From contig CAVVHE010000008.1 of NCBI GenBank assembly GCA_963748015.1, positions 801,285 through 865,284 on the forward strand: a DNA stretch of 64,000 nucleotides, in the 5' to 3' direction. The translations under genes were made by a program, and so were the position numbers. Positions 41,703-51,039 of this stretch are shown one piece after another. Every line of letters starts with the position of its first letter. Positions within the stretch are counted from its first letter, which is position 1. This DNA is from Terriglobia bacterium (GTDB taxonomy: Bacteria; Acidobacteriota; Polarisedimenticolia; Polarisedimenticolales; JAIQFR01). Under the pieces are notes generated by a model. The model saw only the letters and a program-made list of their open reading frames with translations, was not told the origin of the DNA and searched no databases.

Positions 41703-43226
41703 TTAACGGACGAGGGGAACCCTGATGCGCTGTCCGGGTCGGAGGATGGCCCGCTCGGTGATCTGGTTGATTCCGAGGAGGTCGCTCACGGTGACGCCGT
41801 AGCTCGTGGCGATCTTGAACAGCGTTTCCCCGCGGCGCACCACGTGGACGATCACGCTGAGGGCGGCGTCGGCGGCGCTGGAGGCGGAGGTGCGCGCGGC
41901 GGCCGCCGGGGCCGGCGATTCCGCCGCGGGCCGGGACGCCACCGGGACGGCGGCGGGCTGGACCGAGGGCGGGGCCGCGAGCCGGGCGAGCGTTCCCGCG
42001 GGGAGCCACACCGAGGTGCCGGCGGGGAGCGCCTGACCGCCGCGAACGGCGCGTTGCGTCCATGCCGGGTTCATCGCGGCGAGATCGTCGAGTCGCATGC
42101 CGTAGACCCGCGCCACCTGGGCCGGCGGCGTCCGCTGCTCGAGAACGAACCGGTCCTGGGAGAGCGGCGGCTCGTACCGGATGCCCTCGGGGAAGAAGCG
42201 AACGGGATCCCGCGCGATCTCACGCGCGGCCAGGAACTCGGGGTAGAAGTTCCGGGAGGCGAAGCCGAAGGTCTTTCCGTCGTACTCGCGCACGATCCGG
42301 CCGAAGTCGGTCCCGTAACGCCGCTTCGCCCGGGCCATGCCTTCCACGCCGTGGTTGTACGAGGTGATCGCGAGGGGCCAGTCCTGCAGGATCTCGTGGG
42401 ATTCCTTGAGATATCTCGCCGCACCGCGGGCGGCGGCGACCGGGTCGAGCCTCTCGTCGATCGCCGAGCCGTAGAGCATGAACTTCCGGGCAGCCGGCCG
42501 GGTGAATTGCCAGATCCCCACGGCGCCTGCGGAAGAGCGGGCGGAGGCCTGGAACGAAGACTCGACGTGCGGCAGGAACGCGAGGTCCTCCGGAAGCCCG
42601 AATTCGCGGAAGGCCTGGCGGAACTCGGTGTCGTAACGGCCGCTGATCTCGAGCCCGCGACGGAAGCGCTCCCGGAGCCCGCGCTGCGAGCGTACCCGCC
42701 GGTGGGCGCCCTGGATCGAGGCGATCCCCGCGGTCGTCGTGATCTTGAGGGCGAGTTCCTTTTCCGGGTCGCTCAGCTCGGCCCTCGCGGCGATCTTCCG
42801 CTCCATCACGGAGAGCGCGGTCTCGAGGCTCCGCTTCCGGGACCGGACGAGCTCTCGCTGCACCGCGGTGTAGGCCTCTCCCGGCTCCCCGGGCAGCCGC
42901 ACGATCTCGTAGACGAGAGAGGGATGGTCCGTGTCGTGCAGCGCGACCTCGCCGAGGCTCCACGTCGCGAAGACGTTCTGCCAGAACTCCACCTGCTCCC
43001 GGATCTCCGGAGCCATCGGAAAGGTCTCCGGCCGTTCGACGGGGCCGGCGGCCGGGGCCGCCGCCTGCGGGGTGGAGGGCGGCTCCTGGGCCTCGAGCAC
43101 GGAGAACGCCGCGAGGAGCACCAGCAACGACAGCCTCGTGACCGTTTTCCCCGCGATGGGCACCGGATGCCTCCCTGCATCGATCGAGCGCAATCGGAAT
43201 ATAGGCCCGACGCGGAGCGGCTTCAA
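41703..43226 (-). CDS. Lytic transglycosylase (SLT domain) with C-terminal LysM (MltD-like)
   Basis: SLT core ES.F...A.S.AGAVGIWQF (VESSFQASARSSAGAVGIWQFTRPAARKF), AARYLKE..., LysM HVVRRGETLFKIATSYGVTVSDLLGINQI. The exact start is uncertain. Confidence 0.85.
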   Translation of the reverse strand: MKPLRVGPIFRLRSIDAGRHPVPIAGKTVTRLSLLVLLAAFSVLEAQEPPSTPQAAAPAAGPVERPETFPMAPEIREQVEFWQNVFATWSLGEVALHDTDHPSLVYEIVRLPGEPGEAYTAVQRELVRSRKRSLETALSVMERKIAARAELSDPEKELALKITTTAGIASIQGAHRRVRSQRGLRERFRRGLEISGRYDTEFRQAFREFGLPEDLAFLPHVESSFQASARSSAGAVGIWQFTRPAARKFMLYGSAIDERLDPVAAARGAARYLKESHEILQDWPLAITSYNHGVEGMARAKRRYGTDFGRIVREYDGKTFGFASRNFYPEFLAAREIARDPVRFFPEGIRYEPPLSQDRFVLEQRTPPAQVARVYGMRLDDLAAMNPAWTQRAVRGGQALPAGTSVWLPAGTLARLAAPPSVQPAAVPVASRPAAESPAPAAAARTSASSAADAALSVIVHVVRRGETLFKIATSYGVTVSDLLGINQITERAILRPGQRIRVPLVR

Positions 43227-43282
43227 CGTCCCGGCACCGGAAAACGCAGCGTTCGCCCCGCAGCGGGGCGCGGGACCCGTTT

Positions 43283-43290
43283 GCTATAGT
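43283..43290 (+). promoter_or_regulatory. Extended -10 element (TGCTATAGT) upstream of the FIST gene
   Basis: TGCTATAGT ends at 43290, 25 nt before ATG 43316, with GAGGGGAAG as the SD. No good -35. Confidence 0.35.
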
Positions 43291-43315
43291 ACCCGGCCGT
43301 CTCGCGAGGGGAAGC

Positions 43316-44494
43316 ATGATTCGTGCGGGTGTCGGAATCTCCACGAGGTCCGGGTCCGCAGGGGCCGCCAGGGAGGCGGCGGACGAGGCGATCGCCGGCC
43401 TCGGCGGCGAGCGCGCCGACTGGTGCGTCGCGTTCGCCACCATGCACCACGCCCTCGCGATCGACGAGGCCCTCGACGCGCTGAGCGCGGCGTCCGGAAC
43501 GCCCTACATCGCCGGCTGTTCGGGTGCGGGCGTCCTGGCCGGCGGTCGGGAGATCGAAGGCGGGGCAGCGCTCGGCGTCCTCGCCGTGACGTCGGACCGG
43601 CTGCGCGCGACACCGTTCCTGTTTCCCGACGAGGGAGATCACGGCCTCACCGCCGGCAAGAGGCTCGGCGAGCGGCTCGTCGCCTCTCGCGGGACCGACG
43701 ACCTGGTCCTCGCCTGGCCCGACGCGCTTCACGTCCGACCCGACCGCCTTCTGAGAGGATTCGACACCATCCTCAAGGGCGTTCCCGTGGTGGGGGGCGC
43801 GGCGGCGGGAGGCGGGCCGCAAGACAAGACCCTCCAGTTCTGCGGGGGCGAGGCGACCAGCGGCGCCGTCTCCGGCGTGCGGCTCGGCGGAGAGTTCCGG
43901 CATCACGTCGCCGTGACCCAGGGGTGCCGGCCGCTGGGCGGACCGCTCGAGGTCACGGATGCCCACGAGAATCTCATCCTGGAGATCGACGGCCGTCCGG
44001 CGATGCAGGTGCTGCGCGAGGTCGCTCCCGAGGGAATCCTCGAGCGGCAGGAGTCCGCTTTCAACTACCTGTTCGTCGGCCTGGTGCCCGATCCGGCGGA
44101 GGAAGGGGTGCGATCGGGGGAGTACCTGATCCGCAACATCCTCGCGGCGGACGATGACACCGGCGTGATCGGCATCTCGGAGGAAGTGGAGGAGGGGCAG
44201 CGCCTCGTTTTCGCCCTCAGGGAAGGGGTCGCCGCGCGCCGGGACCTCGAGCGCGTGCTGGACGGCCTCGTCGCCGAAGCGGATCCGGACCGCTTCCGCT
44301 TCGGGCTGTACTTCAACTGTCTCTCCCGGGGTAGGTCGCTTTACCGCGAGGACGGGATCGACACCGCCCTCCTCGCGCGCGCGCTCCCCGGCGTCCCGCT
44401 CCTCGGGTTCTTCTGCAACGCGGAGATCGCGCCGCTTCGCGGCGTGAACCACCTCTTCACGTACACCGGGGTGCTCGTCCTGGTCGGGGAATAG
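43316..44494 (+). CDS. FIST N/C domain signal-transduction protein
   Basis: 392 aa. ...ADWCVAFATMHH..., GCSGAGVLAGGREIEG..., FGLYFNCLSRGRSLY..., GFFCNAEIAP are FIST_N/FIST_C hallmarks. Confidence 0.8.
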   Translation: MIRAGVGISTRSGSAGAAREAADEAIAGLGGERADWCVAFATMHHALAIDEALDALSAASGTPYIAGCSGAGVLAGGREIEGGAALGVLAVTSDRLRATPFLFPDEGDHGLTAGKRLGERLVASRGTDDLVLAWPDALHVRPDRLLRGFDTILKGVPVVGGAAAGGGPQDKTLQFCGGEATSGAVSGVRLGGEFRHHVAVTQGCRPLGGPLEVTDAHENLILEIDGRPAMQVLREVAPEGILERQESAFNYLFVGLVPDPAEEGVRSGEYLIRNILAADDDTGVIGISEEVEEGQRLVFALREGVAARRDLERVLDGLVAEADPDRFRFGLYFNCLSRGRSLYREDGIDTALLARALPGVPLLGFFCNAEIAPLRGVNHLFTYTGVLVLVGE

Positions 44495-44496
44495 CC

Positions 44497-45414
44497 TCAG
44501 GCTCCTCGGCGCAGGGCCGAGAGGAGCCGCCGGAACTCGGGCGGAGGGGGCGCCTCGAACTCCAGCCGCCGTCCGCTCGTCGGGTGGTCGAACGCCAGCC
44601 GGTAGGCGTGAAGGGCGGTTCGCTCGATCAGCGGCGACGGCCGCCCGTAGGCGACGTCCCCCACCAGCGGATGTCCCTCGGCGGCGAGCTGCACCCGGAT
44701 CTGGTTCTTCCGGCCGGTGTCGAGCGTGACCTCCAGCAAGGTCGCGGTCCGGAAGCGCTCCTTCACGCGGTAGCTCGAGACGGCTTTTCTTCCCGGACGG
44801 TCGTTCTCGACGGGATGCACCTTGAGGCTCACCGGGTGCTCGGCCAGCCGGTGGACGAGCCGTCCCTGGTCCCGCTCGACGCGCCCCTCGGCGATCGCCA
44901 GGTAGACCCGGCCGGGCCGTCCCGACGCGAACTGGGCGCGAAGGACGCCGAATGCCGGACCGGTTCTCGCCGCGACCACGAGACCCGACGTGAAGCGGTC
45001 GATCCGGTGGACGGCGCGCATCGTCGGGACGCGAAAGCCCCGCTTGCGGTAGAGGTCGGTGAGGATCTCGACCAGGGACTCTCCCCGGTGGGACGGCGAG
45101 GGGACCGTGATCAGCCCTGCGTCCTTGTCCACGACGACGAAGTCGCGCTCCTCGTGGACGATCCGGTAGCCGCGGCCGCGATGCGTCCGCCGCGGGGCGG
45201 CCCGGCCGGTCCCCGGCGCCGAGACGATCTCGATCCGGTCCCCGGCGGCGACGCGTTCGCCGGGACTCGTCACCGTGCCCCCGTTTCGGAGGACGCCGCC
45301 GGACAGGAGGAGCCCCTTCGCCTTCGAGTGCGGCACGGCGAGCCGGTCGTGGAGCAACTGCTGCACGCTCTTCCCCGCGTCGTCCGGCCCGGCGATCAGC
45401 GTCTCTCGCTCCAT
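44497..45414 (-). CDS. RluA-family pseudouridine synthase with S4 domain (RluD-like)
   Basis: 305 aa. S4-like N-terminus, the catalytic HRIDRFTSGLVV motif, NQIRVQLA. Confidence 0.88.
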   Translation of the reverse strand: MERETLIAGPDDAGKSVQQLLHDRLAVPHSKAKGLLLSGGVLRNGGTVTSPGERVAAGDRIEIVSAPGTGRAAPRRTHRGRGYRIVHEERDFVVVDKDAGLITVPSPSHRGESLVEILTDLYRKRGFRVPTMRAVHRIDRFTSGLVVAARTGPAFGVLRAQFASGRPGRVYLAIAEGRVERDQGRLVHRLAEHPVSLKVHPVENDRPGRKAVSSYRVKERFRTATLLEVTLDTGRKNQIRVQLAAEGHPLVGDVAYGRPSPLIERTALHAYRLAFDHPTSGRRLEFEAPPPPEFRRLLSALRRGA

Positions 45415-45415
45415 G

Positions 45416-46003
45416 TCAGGGCTCGACCGCGAACAATCCGGCTCGACCGAGCCGGATGGCGTCCTCGTCGCGGAGACGGCGCCGCACCGCGAGGACGCCC
45501 TCGAGATCCCCCTCGATCGTTCCTTCGCCGCGGATCTCGTATTCGTGGGCAGGAGCGTAGGCCTCGACGCCGAGCGCCCCCGGGTCGATCCGCTCCTCGA
45601 AGGGCCGGTCTCGCAGGAGCCGGACTCCCTCGGGGAGGCCGTCGAGCAGCGAGAGCAGCCTTCGGCCGTGCTCCCGCGAGAAGGCGGAAAAGGAGAACTC
45701 GAGGGTCGCGCGCGCGATCTCGCGGGTCTCGACCACGGCGGCCGGAATCCCGCGGGCCTCGGCGGCCCGGGCCGCCTCGCGAACCGCTTCGACGGCGGGC
45801 GCCGGCACGAGGAGGTGCATCACCCTCGCGCTCGGGTGAAGGACGCCGCTCAGCCGTTCCCGGAGCGTCTCGCGCTCGAACCCCTCCTCCTCGGCGTCGA
45901 GAACCGCGTCGCGTACGCCGCTACCCGCGAGGTACCCCTCCACGAAGCCCCGCGCCCTGCGGCGAGAACCCCTCAGCACTACCTCGACCCATGCCGTGCC
46001 CAT
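45416..46003 (-). CDS. Hypothetical alpha/beta protein (internally duplicated), co-oriented between the permease and rluD-like genes
   Basis: 195 aa with no motif I recognise. The two halves share strand-helix patterns (WVEVVLRGSRRRARGFVEGYLAG vs TLEFSFSAFSREHGRRLLSLLDG). 10-nt gap to the upstream permease and 1-nt gap to the rluD-like gene. Confidence 0.55.
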   Translation of the reverse strand: MGTAWVEVVLRGSRRRARGFVEGYLAGSGVRDAVLDAEEEGFERETLRERLSGVLHPSARVMHLLVPAPAVEAVREAARAAEARGIPAAVVETREIARATLEFSFSAFSREHGRRLLSLLDGLPEGVRLLRDRPFEERIDPGALGVEAYAPAHEYEIRGEGTIEGDLEGVLAVRRRLRDEDAIRLGRAGLFAVEP

Positions 46004-46013
46004 GGCGCTCCCT

Positions 46014-47435
46014 TCAGTGGAAGATCCACCCCACGAGGAGGAACAGAGGGATCAAGATCGGTATGGACCAACGGAACATGTAGCCGAGGAAAGTCGGCAT
46101 GGCGATCCCGGCCTCCTCGGCGATCGCCTTGATCATGAGATTGGGAGCGTTTCCGATGTAGGTGTTCGCTCCCATGAAAACGGCGCCGGCGGAGATCGCG
46201 CGCAGCACCGCCGGATGCTCCGCGAGGAGGCGAGGAACCGATGCGGTCTCGGGAAGGCCGGGGTAGATCCGGCCGAGGGCGAGCGTGAAGAAGCTCAGGT
46301 AGGTCGGAGCGTTGTCCAGGAACGACGACAGCCCACCGACCGCCCAGAAGTACTTCACCGGCGTGTCCACTGCGCGGAGGAGGAAGGCCAGGGGGCCGTG
46401 ATCTCCCGCCCTGAGGATCGCGAGAGCGGGGATCATGGTCGCGAAGATCGCCGCGAAAAGGATCGCGACCTCGCGGATCGGCTCCCACGAGAAGCTGTTC
46501 TCCTCCCGGAGCGAGCGCGGCGTGGTCGCCAGGGAGAGCACGCCCATCAGCACGATGCCCGCCTCGCGCAGGAGATCGCCAGGGGAGAGCGGCACTCCCA
46601 GAAGCTCGACACCGCCGGTCCGGAGGAAGCTCGAGACGATGACGGCTCCGAAGATCCCCGCGAGGAACGCGAGATTGTGGGCGCCCGCGATGCGGAGCTT
46701 GCCCCATGCGGCCCGCGCGGGCGGCGGAGCGCCGGGCGCGGCTTCCTTGCGGCAGTAGTGGCGGTCCACGACGAAGAACACCGCGAGCAACGTGGCGGTC
46801 ACGAAGGCCAGCTCGGGCAGCAGTCGGAACGTCCACGAGAACGGTACGCCGTGGAGGAAACCGAGGAGCAGCGGAGGGTCTCCGAGGGGGGTCAGGCAGC
46901 CGCCGGCGTTCCCCACGAGGAAGATGAAGAAGATGACGACGTGCGCGACGTGCCGGCGCCCTGCGTTGACCCGCAGGACGGGACGGATCAGCAGCATCGC
47001 GGCGCCGGTGGTCCCGATCCACGACGCCGAGAGCGTTCCCGCCAGCAGCATCAGCACGTTCGTCGCCGGGGTCGCGGCCAGGCTCCCGCTGCGCAGGACG
47101 ATTCCTCCCGAGACGGTGAACAGCCCCCAGAGAAGCGTGACGAACGGAACGTAGTCCTTGAGCGTCATCCCGAGAAGCTCGTGCCAGGCGATCGCCCGAT
47201 ACGTGGCCAGGAACGGGATCGCGACGACGAGGCCCCAGGCCAGCGAGATTTTCGGATAGTGGCGGTGCCAGAAGTGGGGGGCTAGAAGAGGGAACAAGGC
47301 GATCGACAGCAGCATGCCCGCGAAAGGGAGGACGCTCCACCCGGGGAGGATCATCCCGAGCGCCGCGCCGGCTTGCTCGATCCCGGCGGCGTCGGCTCCC
47401 GGAACGGCCCCGAGGATGACCCAGCTCAAATCCAC
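46014..47435 (-). CDS. ArsB/NhaD-superfamily permease (annotated-type 'sodium:proton antiporter')
   Basis: 473 aa with a GTG start and about 11-12 TM helices. LIRPVLRVN..., FLVGNAGGCLTPLGDPPLLLGF motif. Confidence 0.75.
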   Translation of the reverse strand: MDLSWVILGAVPGADAAGIEQAGAALGMILPGWSVLPFAGMLLSIALFPLLAPHFWHRHYPKISLAWGLVVAIPFLATYRAIAWHELLGMTLKDYVPFVTLLWGLFTVSGGIVLRSGSLAATPATNVLMLLAGTLSASWIGTTGAAMLLIRPVLRVNAGRRHVAHVVIFFIFLVGNAGGCLTPLGDPPLLLGFLHGVPFSWTFRLLPELAFVTATLLAVFFVVDRHYCRKEAAPGAPPPARAAWGKLRIAGAHNLAFLAGIFGAVIVSSFLRTGGVELLGVPLSPGDLLREAGIVLMGVLSLATTPRSLREENSFSWEPIREVAILFAAIFATMIPALAILRAGDHGPLAFLLRAVDTPVKYFWAVGGLSSFLDNAPTYLSFFTLALGRIYPGLPETASVPRLLAEHPAVLRAISAGAVFMGANTYIGNAPNLMIKAIAEEAGIAMPTFLGYMFRWSIPILIPLFLLVGWIFH

Positions 47436-47714
47436 CTCGCTCGAGTCGGAGCGGCTACCCCCTGCGGCCGCCGCGGAGGACTCAGGTTCATCGGCATTCT
47501 ATAGAACCAAGGACGCTTCGGCGGCGGCCGGGGCCTCGAGAGAGCGCCATTGCGTGTCGAATTCGTAATTCGCTCGGCACCGGTCACCGAGGCTGACGCC
47601 TTTTGTCCTTGCCCTCGGGGAGAGTCTCCGGTACATTGGTAGCTGAACGGGATCTAATAGCCACCGATCGGTTGCGCAAGCAGTTCCAGGGCTGAACGCG
47701 CCGGCGAGGTTCAA

Positions 47715-47894
47715 ATGAAGACGCTTCGGGCCTACGAGCCGCCGAAAATAACGAGCCTGACCTCGGAGGAGATCCTCGATCTCATGGGTCCCGCGCAGGC
47801 CATGGGGAGCGAGGAGTTCATCCCCGGCATGGATCAGAGCGGCGGCGGCGACATGGCCGGTGGCGGCTCGCGTCGGAGAGTGGGCTCGTCGTAG
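47715..47894 (+). CDS. Unannotated small ORF (59 aa), hypothetical peptide
   Basis: Below the ORF-track cut-off. ATG 47715 is preceded by GGCGAGG with a 5-nt spacer. Translation: MKTLRAYEPPKITSLTSEEILDLMGPAQAMGSEEFIPGMDQSGGGDMAGGGSRRRVGSS. G/C at roughly 85% of third positions, including the 119 nt that do not overlap any other gene. A possible promoter is TTGCCC (47609-14), 17-nt spacer, TACATT (47632-37). The last 61 nt overlap the 3' end of the convergent gene. Confidence 0.45.
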   Translation: MKTLRAYEPPKITSLTSEEILDLMGPAQAMGSEEFIPGMDQSGGGDMAGGGSRRRVGSS

Positions 47895-48931
47895 TCGCGC
47901 CGTCGCGATCCGGCGACCATCGCTACCGATCCTCCCAGAAAACTGACCCCATAGAACGTTCCGCGGTGGAGGAGTGTCGCCGCCGCCGCGGCCTCGGCAG
48001 GAATCCCTAGCTTCGCGTACAGCCCGATCAGCGCCACCTCCGTCGCGCCGATGCCTCCGACCGCCCCGGTCATCGTTCCGACGAACGAGGCGAGCAAGAG
48101 GACGGCCGCGACCTCGAAGAGGGGCGCGCTGACGCCGAGCGCGCGGAACACCATCGCGTTGGCGAGGCAAAGCGCGAAGCGGGATGCCGCGGCGAGCGCG
48201 ATGTCCCCGGCGGCGCCGCCCCAGGCGGAGCCGGTGCGGAGGAGCGGCGCCGTCATCGGCTCTAGCCATTCGGCCGACGCTCCGTCCGGGCCAACCTGGC
48301 GGAACTTGGCGGGCGTGATCCGGGCGACCGCTCTCGCCACGCCGGGCCGGAGGATTCCCTTCGAGATTCTGTCCCGAAGCAGGAGAAACAGCACCGCGAG
48401 CAACAACGCGGCGGTACCCGAGAGAAGAACCGCCCGGTTGCCGGCCGAGGCCGGCATCTCGAGCGAGATCGCCACGGCGAGTAGCCCGCCGAGGGCGAGG
48501 CTACCGAGGAAATTCGTGACCTGGTCCGCCAGCGACCAGCCGTAGGCGGACGCCATTCGCCAGCCGGTGCTGCGCTGGACGATCACGGCCCGGAGCACCC
48601 CCCCCGCCAGGTTCGCCGAAGGGGTCACGAGGTTCACGAACGTGCCGGAAAGAACCGCGCGCAGGGTGGTGCCGAATCCGATCTCCCCGGCGCGACGCAT
48701 CATCCGCCACCACTTCGCCGCCCAGATCAGGTACCTCACCCCGATCGCCGCCAGCGAGAGGGTTAGCCATGTGGGGTCGGCAGCGAGAGCCACGTCGAGA
48801 ACCCGCCGCGGTCCGATGGAGTGGACGCTCCACCCGACCAAGAGCACGCAGGCAGCGAGCATGAGAACCCGCAGCGCGAGCGCCGGCACGCGGCCTCGCG
48901 GGAGTCCCGGAAGCGGCAAGCCGCCGGTCAC
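47834..48931 (-). CDS. Flippase-like / LPG-synthase-TM (UPF0104) family membrane protein
   Basis: C-terminal part of the composite 1007-aa track ORF. Start placed at GTG 48931, overlapping the ClC TGA (GTGA). About 8 TM helices. IRYLIWAAKWWRMM..., FVNLVTPSANLAGGVLR..., GAVGGIGATEVAL. Confidence 0.7.
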   Translation of the reverse strand: MTGGLPLPGLPRGRVPALALRVLMLAACVLLVGWSVHSIGPRRVLDVALAADPTWLTLSLAAIGVRYLIWAAKWWRMMRRAGEIGFGTTLRAVLSGTFVNLVTPSANLAGGVLRAVIVQRSTGWRMASAYGWSLADQVTNFLGSLALGGLLAVAISLEMPASAGNRAVLLSGTAALLLAVLFLLLRDRISKGILRPGVARAVARITPAKFRQVGPDGASAEWLEPMTAPLLRTGSAWGGAAGDIALAAASRFALCLANAMVFRALGVSAPLFEVAAVLLLASFVGTMTGAVGGIGATEVALIGLYAKLGIPAEAAAAATLLHRGTFYGVSFLGGSVAMVAGSRRRDYDEPTLRREPPPAMSPPPL

Positions 48932-50981
48932 GGCCGCGGCTCGAGCGCCTCGAAGGCGCCGGCCGGACCCAGGAGCACCAGCTTGTCCCCCTCGCGAACC
49001 ACCAGGTCGGGAGGGGCGGGAGAGATCTCGACGGCGCGGTCCCCGTCGCGACGCTTCACCGCGAGGACGTAGAGGCCGAGCGTGTGGTACGGGTCGGACT
49101 CGATGAGCGACCGTCCGACGAAATAGGGCGGGGCAGGCCGCTCCTCGATGAGCAGGTCGCCCGCGCGCCGCGCGCCGGCATCCTCCCCGGAGACGCTTCC
49201 TCCGAGATACTGCGCGAGCACGAGCCTCCGGCGGAGGACCTCGCGGTCGAGCGCCTGCACGACGTCCCGCCGGGCCACGCTCCCCACCAGCCGGTCGGGC
49301 TCTTTCTCGTCCACCACGGGCAGCTGCGCCAGCTCCAGCTGGGAGAACCGCCGCATGACCTCGTCGAGCGGGGTTCGCTTCGTGACCCGGGGGACGTCGC
49401 GGACCAGGTCGAGCGCCACGAGGCTCTCCCGCAGGTGAGGCTCGCCCGCTACCTGGAAGGCGTCCCGGAGGTCGATCGCCCCGCGGAGGCGGTCGCCGGC
49501 GTCCAGAACGTAGATCGCCGTCGTCCGGCTCTCGGTGAATCGGTCGACCACTTCGCCCATCGGGGTGTCGGCGCGCACGGTCAGCGGGTTCGAGCGGATG
49601 AAATCCTCCGCGCGGAGAGAGACCAGCGCCATCTGCTCGAAGGCGAGATCGAAATCGACTCCGCGCTTCCTCAGCGCCTCGGTGTAGATCGAATCGCGCC
49701 GCATCATGCGCGAGAGCGCGGTAGCCGTCACCACCGTGACGGCCAGAGGCATCACCGCACCGTAGTCCTGGCACATCTCGAAGACCATGATCAACGCGGT
49801 GATCGGAGCGAACGTGGTGGACGCGATCGCCGCGGCCATGCCGCCCAGCGTGTAGTAGACCGTCTGCACGTGAAGCCCCGGGATCGCGGCCTGGGTGCCG
49901 GCGGCGAACAGCGCGCCGCCGGCGGCGCCGACGAGCAGGGTGGGGGTGAAGACTCCCCCGGAGCCGCCGGAGCCGATCGATGCGGCGGTGGCGACGATCT
50001 TCGCGAGCAGGAGCGGCAGCAGGACCGCGGGGAGCAAGCTGCCCATCAGAACCTCGCCGACCGCGTCGTACCCGTTCCCCCAGACCTCGGGGATCCACCA
50101 CGCGAGGAGGCCGACCGCCAGCCCGCCGAGACCGGTACGCGCCCACACCGGCAAGGGCACCCGCCGGAAGATCCGCTCGGACGATTCGATGCTCGACCGC
50201 AGGAGCAGCGCGACGACGGGAATCAGCGCCCCGAGCAGCGCAAAGAGCGGCAGCGACAGGAGCCCCGGCGCCTGCCCCGGCGCGACCGGATACAGGGGAG
50301 CCGCGCCGAACACCCCGCGCGAGAGGAGCGTCGCGGTGACCGACGCGACGACCACGGGGCCGAAGATGTCGAGGGCGAAGTTGCCGTGGATGACCTCCAT
50401 CACGAAGAGGGCGGCGCCGATCGGCGCGTTGTAGGCGGCGGCCATTCCCGACGGCGACGCCGCAGCCGATCAGGATCCGACGCCGCTCGGCCGGGACCCG
50501 CAGCGCCTCCCGAGCCGCGACGCGGCGGCGGCGCCGATCTGCACGATCGGGCCCTCGCGCCCCACCGAGCCGCCGAGTCGCGTTGAGGAGCACCGACGCG
50601 AGCGACTTTCCGAGAGTCCGCCCGAGGCGGAGACGCCGGGCGCCGCGCAGGGAGACGGCCTCCATGATCTCGGACGTTCCCTCGCCCCCGCTCCCTCCCT
50701 TGACGAGGTACCGGGAGAGCAGTCCCGCCGCGAGACCGCCCAGAGCCGGCGCGACGAGGATCATCGGGAGCTTGAGGCCGCGCGCGACGTCGAGCGAGCT
50801 GCCGCTCTTGCCGAACGCCAGGAACTGGATCGCGAGGCCGCCGAAGCGGACGAGCACCGCTCGCGAGCGCGCCCAAGAATCCGACGCTCAGCACCAGGGC
50901 GATCGCGTACGCGCGCTCGTTGGTGCGGAACCGGCGCTGGATCGCCTGGAACCAGCGGCCCAGCCTCGCGAAACGGATCAT
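48928..50981 (-). pseudogene. ClC chloride channel / H+-Cl- exchanger with two CBS domains and a TrkA-C-like domain, interrupted by four frameshifts in the 5' quarter
   Basis: The N-terminus is spread over three frames. It reads MIRFARLGRWFQAIQRRFRTNERAYAIALVLSVGFLGALA (from 50981), then VLVRFGGLAIQFLAFGKSG...GGEGTSEIMEAVSLRG...LGKSLASVLLNA, then LGGSVGREGPIVQIGAAAASRLG, then EALRVPAERRRILIGCGVAVG, then MAAAYNAPIGAALFVMEV... (505-aa ORF 48928..50445). All ClC signature blocks (G-x-G-x-x-E, GREGP, GGVFTP) are intact at the amino-acid level. Confidence 0.75.
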
Positions 50982-51039
50982 CGCGGTAGGGTCGTCGCTC
51001 GCGCGGCCGGAGTCAAGGGGACGCCGGCGGGACGGCCGG

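Noticed and set aside
47497-47506. 10-bp palindrome TTCTATAGAA (and the similar TTCTTATAGAA at 59559-59569) as a shared operator
   Set aside because: More simply explained as -10-like TATAG/TATAA promoter hexamers in AT-richer intergenic DNA. Two loose occurrences are not enough to define a motif.
47715-47894. Calling the sORF a lasso-peptide precursor
   Set aside because: The leader-like Y-x-x-P-x-I motif and a possible Gly1/Glu9 ring are suggestive. But the putative core would be ~35 aa, the conserved Thr at -2 is missing, and no cyclase, protease or RRE genes are nearby. I keep it only as a hypothetical sORF.
47834-50857. 1007-aa ORF presented as one protein
   Set aside because: It is a composite. 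Its C-terminal 365 aa are a UPF0104/flippase-like membrane protein. The middle is out-of-frame reading across the ClC gene. The first ~95 aa are one frame-segment of the frameshifted ClC N-terminus.
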